From the NCBI GenBank assembly GCA_051013385.1, contig CP143273.1, positions 320,001 through 384,000 on the forward strand: a stretch of 64,000 nucleotides of DNA, given 5' to 3'. This DNA comes from Phormidium sp. GTDB taxonomy: Bacteria; Cyanobacteriota; Cyanobacteriia; Cyanobacteriales; Aerosakkonemataceae. This document shows, piece by piece, positions 1 to 6,805 of this stretch; the stretch's first letter is position 1, and every line of letters starts with the position of its first letter. The notes beneath the pieces were generated by a model. The model did no database searches. It saw nothing but the letters and a program-made list of their open reading frames with translations, and was not told the origin of the DNA. Made by a program: the position numbers and the translations under genes.

Positions 1-3
1 AAT

Positions 4-474
4 TTATAATTTTTTTTGACTTTGTGAACGAAGGCTAATGATGGCGCTTTGAATTAGAATCGGTGCATGATTGGCAGAAATAAATATTCCTCCGGCTTGG
101 CGATCAAATAAAGCATAGTTTTTGTCCCGAAGATAAATCTGATGTGCTTTGGGAAGATTCCAGAAAGGAATGGTTGGATTTAAGTGGTGAACAAGATGAT
201 AGCTTTCATTGTGCATCCCCGTCAAAAAATTTTCCAGCCAATGGCTGTGACGATTGCGGCTCATGTAAAGATTAATCTGATTCCTCATTAAGGAACCAAT
301 AATTAAAGCTGCTAAGGGGTATAAATACCAGAAAGCTGAACAAGCTGCTGCCATTAGAAAAATTATCATATAATTCTCTATAAGGGCGAGGAAGCAATGC
401 CAATTATCTAATTTCGATAAAGCAGATATTTCTCGACGAATCTCATTCTCAAACTGGTAAGTTTTATAATTCAT
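4..474 (-). pseudogene. Fatty acid desaturase-family (membrane di-iron hydroxylase) gene, internally deleted
   Basis: ATG at 474 (MNYKTYQF). C-terminal His box YHLVHH..P.IPFWNLP.AH is present, but the first two His boxes are missing; only 156 aa. Confidence 0.65.
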
Positions 475-694
475 ATTCCTATCAGCTAAGCCAATGCTTA
501 ATTTATTCACGAAATTTACTGTTTTGTTTGTGCGATCGCCAAAGCTAGCAGTATGCTTCGCTCGCCGCCCCACACACAATCTTTCTGTATTATTCAGTTC
601 TTTAGCTCAACGAGAAATAGATAAAGTTGGTATATTTGTGTAAAGTTATACTGCACCAACCTCCGATTCACAATTAATTACTTTTGTCAATATA

Positions 695-2068
695 CTAAAT
701 TGGTAAATTAATTCCCCAACTAGAGCTAAAGTACTCTCGATATAGCTCACAGCTAACAGTTGCTTGATTTTCAATTAGATGCACCAATCCTAAACTTTTT
801 AACTTAAACCCTACCGCCATTTCTAACTGGATTGGAGCATTTAAAACTTGTTGAAATGCCTCTGCTAATTTAGGATGTTGTTGAAGATTCCACAACTGAA
901 ATTGAAGATGTTGTTGATAAATGCCAGTACTTTTCGTAGCATCTTGCAATAAGATTTGTATAGGAGTATTCAAGCAAATACTTTGATATAATGCCAGTCG
1001 AATTAAGTAAGGAAAGCCACTAGTGAGTTTCATTAATTGCTCAAGTTCACAATTTGTAAGTTGAAGTTCATGACGTTGAGCTAAATCCTGCACCTGTTCT
1101 GGGCTAAAAGTCGGCAGTTCGATCGCCAATCCCACATTAAACGGAGAGCGATGTGTAGGCAAATGAATGTAAACTTCAGTGGCATGAGCTATGACTATTC
1201 GTAATTTCTGCCAAACTGAAATGTCTTTTGTTTCCTCATACCAGGAACGCAATAAAACGAAAAAATCACTAGCAACTTCTGGGTATTCAAATAATTGATC
1301 TACACCATCTAGTGCTAAAATGAGAGGATGAGAAAGTTCTTTGAGGATATAGCCCTGAAAATAAATTGTGCTATTAATCAAAGCTCCCATATCCTCGTCC
1401 CAGTAGTCATTTAATTTAGATTCCAGACCTAATTGCCGAGTGACATTAGTACAAAACCAACGTAAAAAGCGATCGCTTTTTTCCAGCACCTGTATTCCAG
1501 CATGATATAAGTTCAGTCGTACTATATAGTAATTATGATTACTGCCATAATCCAAAATTCGTGCCATCAAGGAAGTTTTTCCCAATTTTCGTGATGCTTT
1601 AATCCGAATTAAAGCACGGGGTTGGAGAATTTCTTGATAACAGGTTTTTTCAATGCTCGATCGTTCAACGTACAAATAGGAAGCGAGAGGAACCTGACCC
1701 TCTGGAGATTCTATAAGATAGCATTTCGGTGGAACTTCTGTTGTTGGAGTTGCTGTTGTTGTCTGTGTAATCTGTAAACTATTCAGAGCAGCAGATTTTG
1801 CTAATTGCTGTTTTAGCAACATTGGGAAATTTGTCTTATTAACTTTTTCACCCAGTACCTGTGAAAGCAACATCCATAATCTAGGCGCAACTGTGAACTT
1901 AATATAGCTTTCAGAGTAGTTATTTTCTTCAGCAAGAAGAGCATAAGTTTTTTTATTTTCTAGTAGAGATTCTCGTAAGATTACCGTTTGAATGCTGGTA
2001 AGTGAAAAGCCAGTTTTTTTAGCTACTAACTCGAGCGCAAATTCAACAAGTTCTTCAGTATTACTCAT
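695..2068 (-). CDS. N-terminal HTH (vMAP-type) + AAA-like (AAA_35) domain protein
   Basis: Likely start MSNTEE at 2068. PEGQVPL.S..YVER, Walker A-like KASRKLGKTSL, LALDGVD, SPFNVG motifs. Confidence 0.85.
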   Translation of the reverse strand: MSNTEELVEFALELVAKKTGFSLTSIQTVILRESLLENKKTYALLAEENNYSESYIKFTVAPRLWMLLSQVLGEKVNKTNFPMLLKQQLAKSAALNSLQITQTTTATPTTEVPPKCYLIESPEGQVPLASYLYVERSSIEKTCYQEILQPRALIRIKASRKLGKTSLMARILDYGSNHNYYIVRLNLYHAGIQVLEKSDRFLRWFCTNVTRQLGLESKLNDYWDEDMGALINSTIYFQGYILKELSHPLILALDGVDQLFEYPEVASDFFVLLRSWYEETKDISVWQKLRIVIAHATEVYIHLPTHRSPFNVGLAIELPTFSPEQVQDLAQRHELQLTNCELEQLMKLTSGFPYLIRLALYQSICLNTPIQILLQDATKSTGIYQQHLQFQLWNLQQHPKLAEAFQQVLNAPIQLEMAVGFKLKSLGLVHLIENQATVSCELYREYFSSSWGINLPI

Positions 2069-2218
2069 TTTTAGATCGGCTTGAAATAAAGAGGCTTTTT
2101 TTAGAGTCGCACGGCTTAAGTCAGCACCGACTAAGCTAACTAACTCTAGAGCAACTTGGGACAGGATTGCTTCCGTCCAATCAGCATATCTTAAATCAGC
2201 TTTCAAGGAAAGTACCAA
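2069..2218 (-). pseudogene. Pentapeptide-repeat gene fragment, in frame upstream of the AAA_35 gene
   Basis: ADLRY ADWTE AILSQ ... ADLSR ATLKK ASLFQ ADLK pentapeptide periodicity, with no convincing start codon. Confidence 0.6.
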
Positions 2219-2415
2219 AATAATAAAGCTCTTAATTCAAAAGAGTCAATGCCTGAATTAGCTATGCCAGCATTTCTCTTTTTTGAGAATAATTAATTAT
2301 TTAATATTCAAGTTATAGTTGAATATAATTTTCTATGAACAAAAATATAATTTTACTCAATTTATGATTCCCAATTCTCAAAAAAAAGCCAGAGAGCAAT
2401 TCAACTTGGGAAAAG

Positions 2416-2484
2416 TTAAAGGAAAAGAGATTGAGGATGCTTGTCAATGAGTGCAATACAAATATTGGTATCTAACAAATACAC
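2416..2484 (-). pseudogene. vapC: VapC/PIN toxin N-terminal fragment
   Basis: Manual translation VYLLDTNICIALIDKHPQSLFL*. PIN N-terminal motif LLDTN, stops after 22 aa. Confidence 0.7.
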
Positions 2485-2490
2485 TTTTCC

Positions 2491-2718
2491 TCACGGTTCG
2501 CTTTCAATTCTTTTTTCTGCTTCTAAAGTTTTCATGGTGTTGGCAAAATCCGCTCTGGCTTCCCAATTATCCAGTAACTCCTTCATTTTTTTTAACCTTT
2601 CTTCATTACTCATTGGCCGAATCACTTCCATCTCAATATTTAATTCTTCACCATCAGGAATATTGATTTCCTCTGTTAATTAGATGGTCTTTCCCCTTTT
2701 GATGCCTTTGATTTTCAT
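2491..2718 (-). pseudogene. Antitoxin (VapB-like) with premature stop
   Basis: MKIKGIKRGKTI*LTEEINIPDGEELNIEMEVIRPMSNEERLKK..., TAA at codon 13 (2680-2682); lies directly upstream of the PIN fragment. Confidence 0.65.
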
Positions 2719-2760
2719 ACAATTCTCTGTGCTACTATCTAACAGTTTAGAAGATTACTG

Positions 2761-2792
2761 AAAAAAAAGCCCTGTATACTAACAACAGGGCT
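2761..2792 (-). terminator. Intrinsic terminator
   Basis: AGCCCTGT/ACAGGGCT stem followed by a T8 run on the minus strand. Confidence 0.65.
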
Positions 2793-2819
2793 AGAAAAAA
2801 TGTGGTAAACAATTAGCGG

Positions 2820-2950
2820 TTATTCGTCCTCATCTTCCTCAAATTATTCATCTTCATCTAACTCAAAATCATCGTCCTCATCTTCATCTTCGCTATCTTT
2901 GTCTTCTTCGTCCTCGTCATCCTCTGGCCTAAACTAATAGCTCAACGTAC
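2820..2950 (-). pseudogene. Orphan acidic C-terminal tail of an unknown gene
   Basis: TLSY*FRPEDDEDEEDKDSEDEDEDDDFELDEDE*FEEDEDE*, with two internal stops. Confidence 0.55.
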
Positions 2951-3790
2951 GGCGCACTTTAACAATACCTGGTCGATGTCTTGACCAATACCAGACAAAC
3001 AATTATTAGATTGTGCCAACATCAAAGTACCCGTCCCACAAGCTGGTTCAAAAAAACTAGCAGTTCGGTCAATTTCTTCATGACTAATTACTTGAGAAAT
3101 GAAACTAGCAACCACTAACGGTGTCGGATAAAACCCAGCATTTCTTTGAGCTTTCTTACCACAAATATCAGGCAGAATTCTACCTAAATAATCTTCAGGA
3201 TAAAGTAGAAGAGCAGACAAATCGAAAACCTGATACAGACGCATTGATGCACCTTCACAACCTGCTGGTTCTTTTGGTAAACTTTTGTAGGCCGGATGAC
3301 CAAAACCAAACAAGGCCCAATGGCAGAAATATTCCAAATATTCCCATGCACTCCAAGTCCGCCATTCCCCATGTTTGGGAATACAATTAAGCGTATTGTT
3401 TAGCATATTCTCTGCTATGCTCGAATACTGCCATTCAATTTGGGGAATAGGTGAATTTGGTAGGGTTTCTTGCATCACAAATTTGGGTAATCGTTCGGGT
3501 TTTCGATTTTCTAAAAGAGCGAACATCGGTTCCATTTGCCATCTCTTCCAATCATGCGCCGGAACAGCTTGACACCTCGCCCAGTAATCCCACCTTCCCC
3601 AAAGACAACGGTCTACTTGCGCTAAAATTGGTAAGAGCCAACCATGTTTCAAATCCCGGTTGAGGTGAGGAATTAAATCTTTCTTGCTCTTAATTTGGTA
3701 GGATTCTTTTCGTAAATGCTGCCGAACTTCAACGCGAATTTTTGAATCAATTATGGGAATTTCAAGTAAACTTTTCATGGGTAACAACAA
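2942..3790 (-). pseudogene. N6-DNA methylase-like protein, probably C-terminally truncated
   Basis: GFYPTP and SAM motif I FFEPACGTG present. Ends about 30 aa later with no NPPY/F motif and runs into the acidic-tail remnant. Confidence 0.6.
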
Positions 3791-3829
3791 CAGAAGTTTT
3801 GCTACCCATTGACCGCAATCGCGGTTTGG

Positions 3830-4267
3830 TTATTCAAGATAAAATGGTGGTTGCCTGTTGATATCTTCTGGCAAATTAGATGGTTCGCAAAAACGCTGCG
3901 TTTCCAATAAACTGACAGCAGCCGGATACTCGTTGGGAGCAGAAGTCATCGTTGTCGGCAATGCCAAAATCGTCACGAAATAGCGACTATAATTTAGTGC
4001 AGGGTTTATTGCAGGAGCTAACCAAGTAACGTACAATCTCCGATGAATTCCTATTACTAATCCTGCACTAGAAGTAACGGCAGCAACGCCTTCGATGAAA
4101 TCCCCATTTGCAGGACTAGTGCCAAATCTTTGATAACGAGTAATTGTTTGAAGTTGTTCGCCATCACTAATTGTTCCCAACAATTCTGACTCAATAGCAA
4201 TTCTCAATTTTAATCCCTCATCTGGACAAATAATCCAGATAGGTGGTACAAATGTATAATTGGACAT
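3830..4267 (-). CDS. Hypothetical protein
   Basis: 145-aa ATG ORF co-oriented with its neighbours; no recognisable motif. Confidence 0.6.
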   Translation of the reverse strand: MSNYTFVPPIWIICPDEGLKLRIAIESELLGTISDGEQLQTITRYQRFGTSPANGDFIEGVAAVTSSAGLVIGIHRRLYVTWLAPAINPALNYSRYFVTILALPTTMTSAPNEYPAAVSLLETQRFCEPSNLPEDINRQPPFYLE

Positions 4268-4300
4268 ATTTAATCTCTAAGTCGATAAAGTGAATTTCAC

Positions 4301-4323
4301 AAAAAAACCCGCTAATGCGGGTT
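4301..4323 (-). terminator. Intrinsic terminator downstream of polA fragment
   Basis: AACCCGC-taat-GCGGGTT stem followed by a T-run on the minus strand. Confidence 0.65.
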
Positions 4324-4393
4324 GGTAAAAACTTCAATTTCTTCATTTTTTCAGTTCAGAAATGCTCAATCAAGCTGGGTATATAAAGCCAAC

Positions 4394-4750
4394 TTAACCT
4401 CCCCAACTTTCAACCATTTTAATTTCAACTTCACAGGGGATTGGCGTTAAAAACTTATCTCCAGCCTCTACCATAGAGCGTTTTAGCAAAGCTTTAACTG
4501 CTTCTACTTCTGGAATCGGACACTCTAGTAAAATCTCATCATGAATTACGCAAATCAACCTGGCTCCTGTGCGATTCAGTAGTGCAAATAATTTGGCTAG
4601 TGCCAATTTTGTGATATCAGCACTCAATCCTTGAATTGGATTATTCAACATCTCGTTAAGCAATGGCTTAGAATCTTTAGACCAAAGTCTTCGCCTACCT
4701 CCTAAAGTACGACTTTCTCTAATTCCTTGAAGCCAACTTCCCTGACGCTG
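4394..4750 (-). pseudogene. Family A DNA polymerase C-terminal fragment (mobile-element type)
   Basis: RTLGGRRR, N.PIQG.SADI.KLA and motif C IHDEILLE present; 5' part missing. Confidence 0.85.
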
Positions 4751-4796
4751 AAATAACGGAATTACGTTAAAAAACCGGGTTTCTGCGTAAGTCCTA
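4745..4796 (-). repeat. Half copy of the TAGGACTTACGC palindromic repeat
   Basis: Matches the left arm of the full copy at 19998-20101. Confidence 0.75.
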
Positions 4797-4802
4797 CCTT
4801 TG

Positions 4803-6191
4803 TTACTTTATTGTTGACGAAAAGCGATCGATCCTCTCCCCACTTTTCCTCAACACCTCAGCATCTAATTTCCCGGTTTTTGCTGCTTGCATTAACGCAT
4901 ACATCGCATCATAATATAAATCATTGTCATAGGAAAGTAAAATCAAATCTACCCCAGCATTGATAGATTTTACGGTAGCATTTTCTAAGCCATCTTTGCT
5001 CCCATAAACCGCTTGCATTCCAAAATCATCGGTAATTAAAATACCATTATGTTGCCAATTTTTGCGAATAATTTCTGTTACTACTTTCTCAGAAAAAGAA
5101 GCGGCATTTACTGGATCTACTGCCATTAATTTAGCGTGTCCAATCATCGTAAATGCTTGGGTATTTTTCATCACTTCCCGAAAGGGAACCCAATCATCAT
5201 TAGTTAAATCGGCTACAGAAGCATTTAATTCTGCTTCGGCAATATGGGTATCAGTTTTGACTCTTCCTAAACCGGGGAAATGTTTAATTGTACATTTAAC
5301 GTTATATTTTTCTAATGTTTGGCAATACCACAAAGCAACTTTAGCGACGACTTCTTTATTTTCCGAAATCGCACGGTAGTTAATCTTAGAATATTTATCA
5401 TTAACAATTCTGATTCCTTTGTTTAAATCAACTACTGGCGCGAAATTCAAATTTACCCCAATTTCGGCTAATTCTTGCCCTTGTTTAGCTGCATATTCAA
5501 TGACTTTCGGTTTTTGTTGGTCGATGTTTTTTTCATCATCAATGATTCTGGCTAAAGAAGGTAATTTAGTTAAGGGTGGTGATAATCTTGATACTATGCC
5601 ACCTTCTTGATCTGCCGCAACTAAAAGAGGAGGTAAACCTTGAGTTTGGCGAATTTGTTGTAAGGTTTTAATTTCTTGTTTTACTTGCTGTTTCGTTTTG
5701 CCGCGCACATTTCTGTTAGTGATAAAAACTCCCGCTACTCCCTGTTTTTCCACTAATAATTTTAGTTCGTCAAAATCTCTGTAACCAATAACGAAATGCT
5801 GACCTAAATTGACAATGTTTGGAGTTTCGGGGGTTTTGGGAGTTTTGGGAGTTTTGGGAGTTTTGGGGGTTTTGGGGGTTTCTGGGGTGGCAGCGGTTAA
5901 ATTTTCTAAGACAGTTTGTTTGGTTAACAAGAATTTTACTTGGGAAGCTGTAGCAATAGAAAGACTCAACCAAGCTAAGGCTAAAATTATTACGCTAAGT
6001 CGTCTTCCTTTCCGGCGAAAGATTTTGTGAAAAGCCCAAATTTCTGTGAGAATTAGGAAGCTACTAACGATGATAATTAGCCAAAATAACAAGTTTCCCC
6101 AATCTGACCAAGCAGGGGTTCTAAAATACAAAGTTAAGAAAAAAACACTAACGGCTAAAACTAGTCTCAGTAGTCTACTAGAATTACTCAT
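4803..6191 (-). CDS. nagZ: GH3 beta-N-acetylhexosaminidase, membrane-anchored
   Basis: ADQEGGIVSRL, NFAPVVD, KHFPGLG..DTH, LITDD motifs; hydrophobic N-terminal helices. Confidence 0.88.
   Translation of the reverse strand: MSNSSRLLRLVLAVSVFFLTLYFRTPAWSDWGNLLFWLIIIVSSFLILTEIWAFHKIFRRKGRRLSVIILALAWLSLSIATASQVKFLLTKQTVLENLTAATPETPKTPKTPKTPKTPKTPETPNIVNLGQHFVIGYRDFDELKLLVEKQGVAGVFITNRNVRGKTKQQVKQEIKTLQQIRQTQGLPPLLVAADQEGGIVSRLSPPLTKLPSLARIIDDEKNIDQQKPKVIEYAAKQGQELAEIGVNLNFAPVVDLNKGIRIVNDKYSKINYRAISENKEVVAKVALWYCQTLEKYNVKCTIKHFPGLGRVKTDTHIAEAELNASVADLTNDDWVPFREVMKNTQAFTMIGHAKLMAVDPVNAASFSEKVVTEIIRKNWQHNGILITDDFGMQAVYGSKDGLENATVKSINAGVDLILLSYDNDLYYDAMYALMQAAKTGKLDAEVLRKSGERIDRFSSTIK
5820..5889 (-). 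repeat. In-frame 9-bp tandem repeat (PKT)n in the GH3 gene
   Basis: About 7 units of GGGAGTTTT-like 9-mers, encoding TPETPKTPKTPKTPKTPKTPETP. Confidence 0.9.
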
Positions 6192-6370
6192 AAAAACAGC
6201 ACACCCCAACTTATCCTCTCACCTAACTTTTTAGATAAAATGCCCAAGGGCACCTACTTTGATTAAAATAATTCAATCTAGGGAGAGATGACTAGTTATT
6301 TTAATACTAAATTAGCTAAATTAATCTGCAACCAGAAACCTGTTTTGGGTGTTAGAGTCGTTGCAGTTAC

Positions 6371-6775
6371 CAAAAATAATGGGATACAATCCCCGTCCTA
6401 GAAATACGGCTTTTGGTACAATATTGTTGGTGATTACATAAGCCCCAGATGCAGCTACATCACGGTCTTCTTGGTAGCCACATTTTTCGGTGGAGAGAGT
6501 ATAAGACCTTGTTAAAGGCAGTTTTCGGTGAAGCGTCAACCCCATTCAGAGTGGGTTCCTTGTCAATACTGCTCGGTTTTTGAGTAGGGGCGAAGCATTC
6601 GGGTCAAAAATTATGGCCTAAAACCTAGATTTTCTGCCCGAATGCTAATGCCTACGGCACGCACTCGCGTTCGCCCCTACAAAGGCAAAAAATACTTAAC
6701 CGAGCAGTATTGGGCTCCTTGTTTGGTGTCGCTTGGTGAGGAATCACCGCACTTATAGGGCGGTGAGGATGTCAA
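6371..6775 (+). mobile_element. Non-autonomous IS200/IS605-family remnant with tnpB omegaRNA-like right end
   Basis: TTAC|CAAAA left junction with subterminal hairpin (CCGTcctagaaatACGG). Right end GAAGCGTCAACCC...TCACCGC..GCGGTGAGGATGTCAA. Confidence 0.75.
6564..6712. mobile_element. 149-bp MITE with IS4-type ends
   Basis: 15-bp TIR CAATACTGCTCGGTT / AACCGAGCAGTATTG; 10-bp target duplication GGTTCCTTGT / GGCTCCTTGT. Confidence 0.85.
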
Positions 6776-6805
6776 AAACTAGCAGTATCTTAAACTAAGA
6801 GTACG

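Noticed and set aside
2441..2683. Plus-strand ORFs
   Set aside because: Antisense shadows of the vapBC pseudogenes.
6321..6545. 74-aa ORF as an intact tnpB
   Set aside because: Only a 13-aa motif resembles TnpB; the rest is antisense to IS end sequence.
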